From positions 1 through 64,000 of IMG/VR virus record IMGVR_UViG_3300023048_000002: 64,000 nt of DNA, one strand, 5' to 3'. Position 1 is the stretch's first letter; the number at the start of each line of letters is the position of its first letter. The notes under the pieces are model-generated. The model worked only from the letters and a program-made list of their open reading frames with translations. It made no database searches and was not told where the DNA came from. Made by a program: the position numbers and the translations under genes. This document shows positions 36,406 to 46,351 of the stretch, piece by piece. The DNA is from a virus. Lineage: Duplodnaviria; Caudoviricetes.

Positions 36406-36903
36406 TTAGAAGTCTCTCAGTTCTTCCATGTATTCTTCCACGATTTCAATTTCTCCAATCTCATCGTCAATGTTTTTGATACTCTTAGGATCAAAGTCAC
36501 CACAATCATATGATAGAGATGTATGAATCTTATATTCAGGGAAGTCATAGGTTGCATCATATTCATCCATGATGTACTCATGACGCTTGACTAATTCATC
36601 ACAATCAAAACGAATGACTAAACAATTAGTTTCTTTGTCTTCATTTCTGGTCTTAAAAATTTCTAGCTTGGTTGGCTTACCGATCCATGGCTTTACTAGT
36701 TCACCATCAGGTTTAAAACCATCACAATGCTTTCTAGAATAGATCACAGTACAGTGGAACTCATCACTAGGAGTCGGGTTTGGGATATCATGTTTTTTGA
36801 TGAAATCCTCAAAACTCTTAATTGTCTCACCAGAGAATTTAACCGCAACGTAAGTTCCCGGCTGCTTCTCTTTCAATGCTTCATTCAAATCAACTAATTT
36901 CAT
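36406..36903 (-). CDS. acb1: anti-CBASS nuclease Acb1 / T4 gp57B-like 2H phosphodiesterase
   Basis: GTYVAVKFS, IPNP, FHCTVIYSR, ATYDF.EY.IHTSLSYD match gp57B; start at 36903 follows an AAGGA RBS. Confidence 0.85.
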   Translation of the reverse strand: MKLVDLNEALKEKQPGTYVAVKFSGETIKSFEDFIKKHDIPNPTPSDEFHCTVIYSRKHCDGFKPDGELVKPWIGKPTKLEIFKTRNEDKETNCLVIRFDCDELVKRHEYIMDEYDATYDFPEYKIHTSLSYDCGDFDPKSIKNIDDEIGEIEIVEEYMEELRDF

Positions 36904-36911
36904 ATAAATCC

Positions 36912-37415
36912 TTATATTTTTCGGGTCCATCTTTCAAAGCGTAGGTCTTCCGTTTCCTCAATAACCTCATCAAGCTTGAACGCATATTCCAACCATTCCT
37001 GATTAAAGAACGTATCACATTCATAATCTTTCTTGATTCTGGTTATATATCCATATTGTGCCCCAAATACTGGATGTTCTAGGGCATAATTATAAATTGA
37101 CGTACCGCCAATAAAGATAAATGGGTTAGACATTAGTGAAAAATTATCAATACGCGAATGTTTTGTAACCCATGTTGTCTCAGGAATGTCCCTTGATGTG
37201 ATTACATAGCACTTACGTTTGGGTAGAAGTTCTAATGTCTTCTCTGGATAGCCACGCATTTCAGCTATCTCTTTATAGGTATTGTAACCTAGGATGCAGT
37301 GACCATTGATAGTCACTTTTTTAAAGAAGGCAAAATCTTCTTTATAATGCCAAGGAATCTTATTATCCTTGGCGATACCCCATTTCTCATCGACTGCTAC
37401 GATAAAGAAATTCAT
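36912..37415 (-). CDS. frd: dihydrofolate reductase
   Basis: GIAKDNKIPW...EDFAFFK, LPKR, IGG, CDTFF. Confidence 0.92.
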   Translation of the reverse strand: MNFFIVAVDEKWGIAKDNKIPWHYKEDFAFFKKVTINGHCILGYNTYKEIAEMRGYPEKTLELLPKRKCYVITSRDIPETTWVTKHSRIDNFSLMSNPFIFIGGTSIYNYALEHPVFGAQYGYITRIKKDYECDTFFNQEWLEYAFKLDEVIEETEDLRFERWTRKI

Positions 37416-37603
37416 TCGTTCACCAAGAGCAGGTCTTTATCTTTATTGACCCACTTATTGTATTGACGGTTTTCAGGATCAGTAACAGATAGAGGACGAA
37501 TCTCATGGAGAACTTTTGATCTACCAGAACGTAGAGTTTTTTCAGCACTTCTTCCAGTGAGAACAACCTCTTCTCCATTATACACATATGTTTGCATTGA
37601 CAT
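37412..37603 (-). CDS. hypothetical protein
   Basis: ORF, EVVLTGRSA motif. Confidence 0.55.
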   Translation of the reverse strand: MSMQTYVYNGEEVVLTGRSAEKTLRSGRSKVLHEIRPLSVTDPENRQYNKWVNKDKDLLLVNE

Positions 37604-37825
37604 TTTATCTTCTCATTAAAGTTTACCATAAATAATTAGGTAATCGAAAGGTTTTTTTATTAAACAGCTATCAACCCCGATACACTCAACTACATACTCT
37701 TCAGTATATATGTCTCTTCCTATCGAGTCAATTTTTAGGGAGTGCGTATGAATTCATAATTGTCCCTATCTTTCTGACAAACACCCCTCAAACGTTTTAA
37801 CTGAATTTCGGAGTATACAAAACCC

Positions 37826-38599
37826 ATGGCTAGAAAAATAACTAAGAAAAAAGCAAGATCAGAAAAAATGAGCTTCGTCCATGAAGTCACACATAGTAAT
37901 ATCGTAGCCATTCATCAGGGACCAAAAACAAAATCTTGGTCCCTACACGACTTGAAAGCCATCAAGCCAATGACTGCTAAGCAGGGTAGCTTAATTGAAT
38001 CATATTTTATGGATAATCATCTAGTCGCCAGCGGTTCTGCTGGTACAGGTAAATCATTCCTAGCTCTTTGGCTAGCATTGAATTCCCTACTAGATAAGGA
38101 TGAGCCACAGGACCACATCATCGTCGTCAGAAGCGCCGTTGCTTCCCGTGACATCGGTTTCCTACCGGGAACTGCGGAAGAGAAGCTAGAGCCATTTGAA
38201 GCCCCTTACAGGGACATCATGCATGAACTTCTAGGTCGCTCAAGCTCATATGATGATTTGAAGGATGCAGGTAAGCTTAAATTCATTCCTACATCATTCG
38301 TTCGTGGTTCCACTTGGGATGATGCTATTGTCGTTATTGACGAAGCTCAGAACCTAACCCTTCACGAATTGAATTCTGTGATTACCCGTGTAGGCGTAAA
38401 TACTCGTGTTATCGTTTGTGGTGACTACAATCAGAATGACTTGGCTAACAAGCGTTATGAAACCAGTGGATTCAAAGATTTCTTGAGAGTGGCAGAAGCT
38501 ATGCATGATTTCGATGTCGTCAACTTCACTAAGGAAGATATCGTTAGAAGTGAATTCGTCAAGGCTTGGATTTCAACCTTGGAAGATTTAGGACTTTAA
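37826..38599 (+). CDS. phoH: PhoH-family ATPase
   Basis: GSAGTGKS, IGFLPG, RGSTW, DEAQN, GD..Q.DL, DIVRS. Confidence 0.95.
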   Translation: MARKITKKKARSEKMSFVHEVTHSNIVAIHQGPKTKSWSLHDLKAIKPMTAKQGSLIESYFMDNHLVASGSAGTGKSFLALWLALNSLLDKDEPQDHIIVVRSAVASRDIGFLPGTAEEKLEPFEAPYRDIMHELLGRSSSYDDLKDAGKLKFIPTSFVRGSTWDDAIVVIDEAQNLTLHELNSVITRVGVNTRVIVCGDYNQNDLANKRYETSGFKDFLRVAEAMHDFDVVNFTKEDIVRSEFVKAWISTLEDLGL

Positions 38600-38644
38600 T
38601 TCTAAAACGTAGATAAGCGAAAGGGACGCACATGCGTCCCTTTC

Positions 38645-39061
38645 TTATTTCATGGCCTTGAAAAGATCAACCAAATCTGGCAATTTACCGTGATCAGTAA
38701 ACTTGACTACTCGCTCAGGCTTACCAAGAATACGTGTAACCACTTCCCTTAATTCTTCAAAGTCGGATGCACGCTCTAATGTAAGAACCGTATCCGCATA
38801 TATTTCTTCATCACATTCACTATATTCATTCCACCAGTTACCATACTTCGTAAACTTTAGGTTGAGTATAGCATCAAACTTATACAATGACTTGGGGTCG
38901 AGGTCTTTAAACTCTTCCCAAATATAATCAGACCAATACATATCCATCGACTCACATGTGCCTGCCGGATCACCAGAGTAGCTAATGACTGAAAATATAT
39001 TTTCAAATACCTCTCTGGTAGATGGTCTTAGATATGCAGAAGCATAAATTTTAATCACCAT
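38645..39061 (-). CDS. hypothetical protein
   Basis: ORF. Confidence 0.55.
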   Translation of the reverse strand: MVIKIYASAYLRPSTREVFENIFSVISYSGDPAGTCESMDMYWSDYIWEEFKDLDPKSLYKFDAILNLKFTKYGNWWNEYSECDEEIYADTVLTLERASDFEELREVVTRILGKPERVVKFTDHGKLPDLVDLFKAMK

Positions 39062-39554
39062 TACAAGTCTCCAACATTTTTTTAAACTTATCTATTTCTG
39101 CATGCTTAAAACGATTCGGACACAATAATAGCTTCTCTTTAGTATAGAAAATATAGTCTTCATCATCCACGGCAAACCATGCCACACCCGGATAATTTTC
39201 CGTCATATAATGACGACATTCATCTTCACGATTATATGTGAATGATGTATAAGTTACGCCATGGTGGGGTGTCTGACCTACGATCAAATCTCTGATGGAT
39301 TCTGGAAACTGTTCTACCAGCCATTCATGCTTATAGCTATAACGCCATGAGGTTGAGAATACAATCTTGATGTCATACTCATCAATAGAATTATTGATTG
39401 CTCTGGCAAAGTATGGAGTGAAGGAGAAATCTTTAAACTCTGCATCAGTCGTATCTTCATCACGAAAGAATGGATGCATACAACCATCGAAGTCAGTGAA
39501 AACAATTACCTGTTTCTTCATACCATTGGCAGCATTGTGTTCAAACGCTGCCAT
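39051..39554 (-). CDS. HAD phosphatase, Swiss-Army-knife RNA-repair type
   Basis: DFDGCMHP, IVFSTSWR, GQTP, RE.E, AVDD. Confidence 0.8.
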   Translation of the reverse strand: MAAFEHNAANGMKKQVIVFTDFDGCMHPFFRDEDTTDAEFKDFSFTPYFARAINNSIDEYDIKIVFSTSWRYSYKHEWLVEQFPESIRDLIVGQTPHHGVTYTSFTYNREDECRHYMTENYPGVAWFAVDDEDYIFYTKEKLLLCPNRFKHAEIDKFKKMLETCNGD

Positions 39555-40089
39555 TAGTGTAACCTCTATATGTTAAAGAAATTCTACGACCACACATAAA
39601 CCCGGCCTTGGGAATCCTATGCTGGTGTGTATCCTGAAATCCTGCTGACATGATGCAAAGGCTTCCGTTCTCAAGCTTTAACTTGGTTACATCATCGTTG
39701 CTACCATTTTCTCTAAACCAAATCTCACGTTCAACCCCAAGGCTGACAATGCAGATTGGCCTAGAGTCATCCATTTCTGGACTGTCATCGGCATGCCAAC
39801 CCAAGTGGTCGGACTGATCTTCATAGCGATTCAAGAAGCAGACTTCATACGTGGATTCAGTCTCAATCTGAAGCGCATATTCAATGAATGTGATCATTGA
39901 ATGTTTGGCTTGTGATGGATACTCTCTTTCATATGGTGGTGTGCCATAGGTGTAAGCAAAGCCAAACTGACTTACATAATATTCCATACGTGGAGTGTTC
40001 CCACGCTTAACCCAATCCAGTTCAGTGACTAGAATTTCCAGAACCTTATCTGGCTCTGGTATAAAATTTGGTATGTACTTAATATCCAT
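39541..40089 (-). CDS. AlkB-like 2OG-Fe(II) dioxygenase
   Basis: LNRY...WHADD, SLG, HRIPK, RISLTYR. Confidence 0.9.
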   Translation of the reverse strand: MDIKYIPNFIPEPDKVLEILVTELDWVKRGNTPRMEYYVSQFGFAYTYGTPPYEREYPSQAKHSMITFIEYALQIETESTYEVCFLNRYEDQSDHLGWHADDSPEMDDSRPICIVSLGVEREIWFRENGSNDDVTKLKLENGSLCIMSAGFQDTHQHRIPKAGFMCGRRISLTYRGYTNGSV

Positions 40090-40343
40090 TACTTAATTCC
40101 TAGTTGTTCCTTTGTCATAGTCATGAAATCAACCCATGATGTGACCTTTGCTTTCTCACCATAATCAACACGATCATCTAGTGGAATGGGTCGATGTTCT
40201 TTTAGAAATGCATTAAGGTCTTCACTATCAGTGAACCATAGGCGACACTTGATGCGCTCTCGCTTAACAACTTCATACACGTTGCCGTCAGCATCCTTCT
40301 GTTTAGAAAGATAGCCTCGGTCGAATTCAAGTAGTAGTTGCAT
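40089..40343 (-). CDS. hypothetical protein
   Basis: ORF. Confidence 0.55.
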   Translation of the reverse strand: MQLLLEFDRGYLSKQKDADGNVYEVVKRERIKCRLWFTDSEDLNAFLKEHRPIPLDDRVDYGEKAKVTSWVDFMTMTKEQLGIK

Positions 40344-40345
40344 AA

Positions 40346-40762
40346 TTAAAATTCTTTAATTTGAATTGAAAGACTTTTTAATACATTACTCATGCTAGTT
40401 GCAGTTGCTTCTAGCATTAAATCGAATGTAAATGGAGCATAGTAATCCATTTCAGGATCACCATTTTCAAGAAATGTCGTACACTTAAGGCCTGAAAAAT
40501 CAAGATTCTCAACTCGTGCAATGAAGATGACAATATCTTTCTTCTTTGTATAGTCAAATTTCCCAAGGAACTTAAGGTCTGATTCTTGAAAAACCAAACC
40601 AGATTCTTCCTGACATTCACGAAGGGCAGTCTGTACGAAAGTTTCACCTTCGTCCTGACGACCCTTGAAGATATCCCAATGTTTATTATTTGTGGCATGA
40701 CCTAGAGCATACTGATTGCTTTGAATCTTGACTAGGATACCAGCAGAAATTACCTTAGACAT
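40346..40762 (-). CDS. Nudix hydrolase (T4 NudE-like)
   Basis: ISAG, HWDIFKG...ALRECQEESG, PEMD. Confidence 0.88.
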   Translation of the reverse strand: MSKVISAGILVKIQSNQYALGHATNNKHWDIFKGRQDEGETFVQTALRECQEESGLVFQESDLKFLGKFDYTKKKDIVIFIARVENLDFSGLKCTTFLENGDPEMDYYAPFTFDLMLEATATSMSNVLKSLSIQIKEF

Positions 40763-40925
40763 TAGAACTCTCCATTACATGCGAATGTCGCTACTTTTTT
40801 GCACTTAGTGCATACCTTATAGAAAATGAGACAGGGCTTACCCGTTAACATTTCCTGTACTCTTTTACCTCTTGCATCGTACACCCAATAATGAAAACAA
40901 AAGATTGATTTAAGTTTAAATATCA

Positions 40926-41510
40926 TTAGACTAACTTCAGCAATTGTGTTAAAGACGATATAGAATCATATTGATTATCGCCAGTCCTGTCAAGTAAGGT
41001 GCTATTCCATCCGAAGTTACGTGGACTTTCCACATCAGCTTTGAAGGTATCACCTACCATGTGAATATCGGTCCCATACATCCACAATGCTTTCTCAACG
41101 GCCATGTAAATTTCAATGTCCGGCTTTGTATAGCCCTCTGCGAAGCTCCAAACGTAATGGTCGAATACATCCCCAAAGATGTGCACAATGGGCTGTGCAT
41201 AAGGATGTGCGAGGTTTGAACAAACGACAAGCTTCATTCCTCGCTTCTTAAGAACTTCTAACGTCTGCTTGACATCAGCAAATTCCTTGATTGACTTCAA
41301 CTCAATTGAAAGCTGATCCATGAGATGTGGAAGCTTCAAGCTTCCACCAGCAAATGCCACGGTCTCTTCAAAGGTTACTGGATGTGTCAACGGGTTCAAA
41401 TGTTTGAACCCGTTGATGTCCGTCAAGTTTTTCAACTGCTTGTAGGGATACGTCCTTTCATGAATTTTTACGATAGTCCCATAAGCATCAAATACAACTG
41501 CCTTGGTCAT
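40926..41510 (-). CDS. HAD-family hydrolase
   Basis: FDAYGT, CSN, KPD, VGD...D. Confidence 0.85.
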   Translation of the reverse strand: MTKAVVFDAYGTIVKIHERTYPYKQLKNLTDINGFKHLNPLTHPVTFEETVAFAGGSLKLPHLMDQLSIELKSIKEFADVKQTLEVLKKRGMKLVVCSNLAHPYAQPIVHIFGDVFDHYVWSFAEGYTKPDIEIYMAVEKALWMYGTDIHMVGDTFKADVESPRNFGWNSTLLDRTGDNQYDSISSLTQLLKLV

Positions 41511-42757
41511 TACCGTCTCCCCAGCAGTGCTTCTTCAAATGCCGAGATAAGATTAAAATGGATTCCATTCCAAAACTTACTCTGAGCAGCATCAACATTT
41601 TTAAACTTGATGTCTGCAATCATTTCTTTAATCTCTTGAGCATCAGGCTTCTTGCCTTCAGCCCATTCGAAGCGCTTCATTTCGCAAGACAAAAATTCCT
41701 TGGTGTCAAGGAATGCTTCCATCATATGAAGAATCTTCTCCAAGTTATCCTTGGTATTGACTTGCCATGCCAGCAGAATCGCGAACAGGTCTTCGAAGAA
41801 GTTAGGGTTCTTCTGGACCATGATTCGAATGTTCATCGCATCGAAAATATTAACAATTTTCTTGATGGAATCCTGCCAAATGTTATGCCCAAACGTGTCG
41901 CCGTACTCGCCAACGAAAGTAGCCAGTTCAATAACATCCACAGGCAACTTAGCTTCGCGCAAAGATTTAACAAAATTCTTCTTGTCTGCCATTCTATCCG
42001 GGGTTGCGTACCAATGGGTAGAGTAAAATGCAGCAGCACGAACCAGCACCTTTCGTTCATCTGAAAACGAATCCGTCAGTTCAACCACCGGTTCGAACAA
42101 ATCACTGTAGGCGTAAATCCCATGCTCCATGTTGGTAACGTATTTCAACGCACCACAATTAGCTAGCACTTTGAAGTATTTGGCCGGTTCCTCAGTTAGC
42201 AGACTTTTCTTGGTCTCAGCCCAAATGCGATCCTTGGAAACATGATTCAGCGCACCATCCAGCACCATTTTGTCCACCATGATCTTAGTCATGATGTCAA
42301 TCTTGAATTCAGGGAAGCGAGCATTGAAACGAGCCAGACGCAGGATACGCAGAGGGTCTTCAGCAAAAGCTTCAGACACATGACGCAGCACCTTGTTCTC
42401 GATGTCCTTCAGACCACCATAAGGGTCAACCATTTCACCTTCAAAATTATGCGGAACTGCGATAGCATTGATGGTCAGGTCACGACGACACAAGTCATCT
42501 TCAATAGAAACAGAAGAGTCAAACTTGGTTTCGAAATCCGTATGCTTCAAACCAGACTTGCGCTCGATACGAGCCAGAGCGTATTCATCATTGGTCTCTG
42601 GATGAAGGTATACTGGAAAGTCCTTACCAACCTGACTGAAGCCTTGAGCTTCCATTTCTTCTGGTGTAGAGCCGACGACAACGTAGTCATGGTCATGAGG
42701 AACCAGACCCATGAGAAAGTCGCGGACTGCGCCGCCAACTTGGTATACCTTCATCAT
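41510..42757 (-). CDS. cca: tRNA nucleotidyltransferase (CCA-adding enzyme)
   Basis: VGGAVRD, DHDYVV, VGKDFPV, EYALAR.ERK, RRDLTINA, EDPLRILR. Confidence 0.95.
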   Translation of the reverse strand: MMKVYQVGGAVRDFLMGLVPHDHDYVVVGSTPEEMEAQGFSQVGKDFPVYLHPETNDEYALARIERKSGLKHTDFETKFDSSVSIEDDLCRRDLTINAIAVPHNFEGEMVDPYGGLKDIENKVLRHVSEAFAEDPLRILRLARFNARFPEFKIDIMTKIMVDKMVLDGALNHVSKDRIWAETKKSLLTEEPAKYFKVLANCGALKYVTNMEHGIYAYSDLFEPVVELTDSFSDERKVLVRAAAFYSTHWYATPDRMADKKNFVKSLREAKLPVDVIELATFVGEYGDTFGHNIWQDSIKKIVNIFDAMNIRIMVQKNPNFFEDLFAILLAWQVNTKDNLEKILHMMEAFLDTKEFLSCEMKRFEWAEGKKPDAQEIKEMIADIKFKNVDAAQSKFWNGIHFNLISAFEEALLGRR

Positions 42758-42767
42758 AATTAATTCC

Positions 42768-42986
42768 TTATTTTACAAGTAGGGCTATCTTTTCTCCGCT
42801 ACGCCATGGTGGAGAATGCATGAAACTTTCAATACCAATCACAATATGCTTAATACCATTGATAGAGACTTCAATGCCGATGAGGTGTTTGAAATTCTGA
42901 CATTCAGATGGGTTTGTTGTTACGTAGGCTGTACCTCTACAGACCTTGAAATTCTCTTCTGAAATGAATTCTAGCATTATGCCCAA
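42768..42986 (-). CDS. hypothetical protein
   Basis: ORF. Confidence 0.5.
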   Translation of the reverse strand: MGIMLEFISEENFKVCRGTAYVTTNPSECQNFKHLIGIEVSINGIKHIVIGIESFMHSPPWRSGEKIALLVK

Positions 42987-43510
42987 TCCTTTACAACAGC
43001 AGGGTCAACAACAACGCGTTCGATTGGGACAATCGTAACAACATTGTTCATAAAATCACACACTGCTGCAAAAGCATGAGGTCCATTTTTGTCATGGAGA
43101 ATTTTCATGACAATTTCATAAGTTTTCCTGTCTTCCTTGGCATCTTTGTGTTCATCCTTCATATTTTGAATACACTGTCTTGCATCAATTACGTAGGAGT
43201 TATTTTCTTTAAATTGTCCTTGATCAGCAAGCTTAACAATTTCAACAGAATGGTAATACTCAGCCTTCTGCCACTCATCAGCTTCATTAGCATACCCATC
43301 AATAGATTCGGGGATTTCAGCATTAACAAATGCTGAAATGAACACGGCCTTTTCAAGGATGTTATAACAAACCTGAAACATTTCTTGTATAGAACTTACG
43401 TAATAGATAACCTTATCATTGTCGTAATAGCCCAGCTTATGAACGACCTGCATAGGAAATTTAAGCTTCATACGCTTTATCAGCTTTTCTACATACTTGT
43501 CACTAAACAT
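42977..43510 (-). CDS. hypothetical protein
   Basis: ORF with GGAG RBS; TTGACA-17-TAAGAT upstream. Confidence 0.6.
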   Translation of the reverse strand: MFSDKYVEKLIKRMKLKFPMQVVHKLGYYDNDKVIYYVSSIQEMFQVCYNILEKAVFISAFVNAEIPESIDGYANEADEWQKAEYYHSVEIVKLADQGQFKENNSYVIDARQCIQNMKDEHKDAKEDRKTYEIVMKILHDKNGPHAFAAVCDFMNNVVTIVPIERVVVDPAVVKDWA

Positions 43511-43588
43511 TTAAATTCTCCAAAAGAAAAAGATGCGACTTTATTAGAGTCGCATCTTATGTGTTAATAACGTAATTGTCAAGTTAAC

Positions 43589-43822
43589 TTATTCAAATCC
43601 TAGTGTGGTTAATACCGAACGATTAGCTGCAATCTTCTTCTTGAGAACGTCTGTGAACAGTGTGACATCATCTGGTTCTAGGTCAAGGTGAATACCATTG
43701 CTTAGGCGGATTGTCACTAGAACATCCATCGCAGCCCTTCCAAGGTGAGTCACTGCCTTCTCAAGAGCTTCGATCTTCTCTGCAAGCTTTACTGCTTTAC
43801 GTGCTGCTTCAATAGTATTCAT
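43589..43822 (-). CDS. hypothetical protein
   Basis: ORF. Confidence 0.55.
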   Translation of the reverse strand: MNTIEAARKAVKLAEKIEALEKAVTHLGRAAMDVLVTIRLSNGIHLDLEPDDVTLFTDVLKKKIAANRSVLTTLGFE

Positions 43823-44289
43823 TATTCAAATAATCCATAGCCGGGAACTTTTACCAAATATTTTAATGATTTTGGTGCTTCACTTTTATAATATTCTAAT
43901 TTAAGCGTTGGGTCAATATAATTAAGAATCATAATCCAAAGCTGAAGTAGAAGCTCTGGTTCCTGAATATAGAAACCATCTTCATCCTCATTCTGTTCAA
44001 AGAATTGATCATCATTAATTCTTGTCTTAAACTTATCCCAAATTCCAGTAGCACGGAGTTGAACCATAATATCTGGATCAATCGTGCTTTCTTCATACAT
44101 ACTACAGATATCACCAATGGCGAATCCTAGAACCTCAGGCGAGCGCCAGTGAGCCTTTACGATATCATCAATAAGTGCTGGTGAATTAACCATAAAGCTC
44201 TCGCTTTGACCATGGCCATCCTTAGACCAGTCACCAATAGGGAATTCATATTCGTACATGTTTGCGTCTTGTGTATCTTCTTGTGTCAT
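43822..44289 (-). CDS. conserved phage hypothetical protein (IGDWS.DGH...GYGLF)
   Basis: Motif typical of large-phage accessory genes. Confidence 0.65.
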   Translation of the reverse strand: MTQEDTQDANMYEYEFPIGDWSKDGHGQSESFMVNSPALIDDIVKAHWRSPEVLGFAIGDICSMYEESTIDPDIMVQLRATGIWDKFKTRINDDQFFEQNEDEDGFYIQEPELLLQLWIMILNYIDPTLKLEYYKSEAPKSLKYLVKVPGYGLFE

Positions 44290-44291
44290 AA

Positions 44292-44630
44292 TTACATTCC
44301 AAATATATTGTTTAATTCAATTTCATCTAGGACTTTAACTATCATGTCACCATGGCACGATTTCTGAGGTTTACACCAACAACCTAAAGTCTTTCCACGC
44401 AATGATTCGATGTCATCCATTAATTCTTTATTTTCACGAAGGTAGCGTTCAAATAATTTGATGACCTCAGAACGGATAACACCACTGCCTTCACGGTGTG
44501 GCGATCCTAGATATTCTGCTTCTTCCTTCGTTAGGATGTGATCCCTTTTATAAGGATTTCCCCATTTAGAAGTTCGATCAATCATTACATCATATTTTTC
44601 TTTTCTATGATGAACCACTTTAGTTTTCAT
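44292..44630 (-). CDS. DUF4326-family protein
   Basis: DR.SKWGNPY, LRGKTLGCWCKP..CHGD. Confidence 0.85.
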   Translation of the reverse strand: MKTKVVHHRKEKYDVMIDRTSKWGNPYKRDHILTKEEAEYLGSPHREGSGVIRSEVIKLFERYLRENKELMDDIESLRGKTLGCWCKPQKSCHGDMIVKVLDEIELNNIFGM

Positions 44631-44803
44631 CGTCTCTTTGCCTTTAAATCTTTACGAGACGTTAGATGCCATTGATAACACCAATTGCATTTGTAGACAC
44701 GGAGGAAGGATGTACTCTTTCTATTAAGTTGATTATCGACAACCGAGAGTGCTTCACGCTCGGTTTCATAACCATTCTTTCCTGTATGCCTACACGTACT
44801 CAT
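44627..44803 (-). CDS. 58-aa zinc-finger protein (not in ORF track)
   Basis: C..TGK.GY...A...RVYKCNWCYQWHLTS; ATGA overlaps at both ends. Confidence 0.65.
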   Translation of the reverse strand: MSTCRHTGKNGYETEREALSVVDNQLNRKSTSFLRVYKCNWCYQWHLTSRKDLKAKRR

Positions 44804-45015
44804 TCACTTACACTTTCATAGTCTTCAGGTTTATCGCACCATTCCGGTAAAATCAATACAAAGATAAGGTAAGGAAAGATAATAAAAGATGACCAACAGA
44901 AATAAAGCATGATCATAGCGAAACGAACTAACCATGTTGGGATACGCAACCAGTAAGCAATGCCAGCACATACCCCAAACATACCAACAAATGGAATTTT
45001 CTTAAGAGAGCGCAT
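44800..45015 (-). CDS. PspC-domain membrane protein
   Basis: GVCAGIAYWL.IPTWLVR...YLI...LP. Confidence 0.8.
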   Translation of the reverse strand: MRSLKKIPFVGMFGVCAGIAYWLRIPTWLVRFAMIMLYFCWSSFIIFPYLIFVLILPEWCDKPEDYESVSE

Positions 45016-46027
45016 TGATCTTTTCCTTTATGAGTTCATAATCTTTATACAGCGCTGGGTCAGATTCGCTAACCTTTGAGAACATGAATCCATAACCGAA
45101 TTCCCAGTTACTAAAAACCCTTCCATCGCCACCCCAATCTTCAATTAGACCATGAATGGTGTCATACATTTTTTCATCTTCTTTGGTTTCAATAGTGAAT
45201 CCATTCAAACCACGTTCAGCATAACTTGGGCCATCATTCCAATCAATTCTGTTGGCTTCAAGATAATGCCCAAGATGTAGATATTTGTTCTTCTCTAGAA
45301 TAGCATCAAGAATCTCACTAGCATCTGCATCGTATCTGGTCTCATATTTCACACGTAGATGCACTATAACCTTCTCTGCATCAACTTTAGCCTTTTCCTT
45401 GACTTCTTGACGTTTGATTTCCTTGATCTTGGCAATACGCTTAACTGATTCTTCCCTAGCAGCTACGAGACTTTTTTCCGCAGCAGACTTATGAAAATCA
45501 TATGAGTCAGTAGAAGAAATATTTCTTTGAAGATCACCGATATATCCAGCCGTGTGACCAATAGATTTTTTAGTTTTAGAACGTGTGGTAGGGTATTCAT
45601 ATGTTGTATAGCCTGCTGGAATACCTGCTGCACTCATCATGAATGATAGCTTTTCTTTAAGTTTCTTATTATTCTCAAGGGCAGCACCATTGTTAGCATG
45701 CATCAAATTGATCTTTTCAATATACTCAATAACAGTTTTTTCATGCTTTTCAAGGCACTTATTGATCTGTTCCTCAGTATTAGCCAGATGATCAGTTTTA
45801 TAATAACTGTCATACTTGACTTTAAAAATATAATCCATATGTGGAGAATTCCATGTTGGAATAGTCTCCACTTTCATGTTTGGAGGAAGGTTATCATTAG
45901 CCTTCTCTTCCAACTTGGCGATGTGATTGCGAAGAGACGTCAAAGTATCTTCGACTGTTTTTACGATGTCCATAAAAATGGCTCCACTATTGGGAGCCAT
46001 TCTAGGATAATTAAATTGTTTAGTCAA
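45002..46027 (-). CDS. conserved phage hypothetical protein
   Basis: 341-aa ORF; KNKYLHL...NR.DW, DGRVF. Confidence 0.65.
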   Translation of the reverse strand: MTKQFNYPRMAPNSGAIFMDIVKTVEDTLTSLRNHIAKLEEKANDNLPPNMKVETIPTWNSPHMDYIFKVKYDSYYKTDHLANTEEQINKCLEKHEKTVIEYIEKINLMHANNGAALENNKKLKEKLSFMMSAAGIPAGYTTYEYPTTRSKTKKSIGHTAGYIGDLQRNISSTDSYDFHKSAAEKSLVAAREESVKRIAKIKEIKRQEVKEKAKVDAEKVIVHLRVKYETRYDADASEILDAILEKNKYLHLGHYLEANRIDWNDGPSYAERGLNGFTIETKEDEKMYDTIHGLIEDWGGDGRVFSNWEFGYGFMFSKVSESDPALYKDYELIKEKINALS

Positions 46028-46029
46028 GC

Positions 46030-46314
46030 TTAGTCGCGCAACTGATTATATTCAGCAGCCCAAATCTTTTCAAAGCCTAACTGTGCAGCATACATGTCAA
46101 CAGTTTTGATGTCAGCATCATCTACAAAATTTACAATTAGCACAAGAGGTTTTGTTTTATCAAATTTTAAAAAAGTATTGATAAAATTTTTGAGAGGTAA
46201 ATTCTTGGCTGACCCAAAGGTTCCATTTCTGAAATCAACTGGACTTCTTAAGTCGATCAACTGACCACCCTTATCTAGAAGGGCATTTACTTTACTTTTA
46301 TTTGCGAACTTCAT
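46030..46314 (-). CDS. rhodanese-like protein (no active-site Cys seen)
   Basis: LIDLRSPVDFRNG...AKNLP. Confidence 0.7.
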   Translation of the reverse strand: MKFANKSKVNALLDKGGQLIDLRSPVDFRNGTFGSAKNLPLKNFINTFLKFDKTKPLVLIVNFVDDADIKTVDMYAAQLGFEKIWAAEYNQLRD

Positions 46315-46351
46315 TTATCTCTCCTGTTGTCAGCGAGAGATAAACTCTCGC

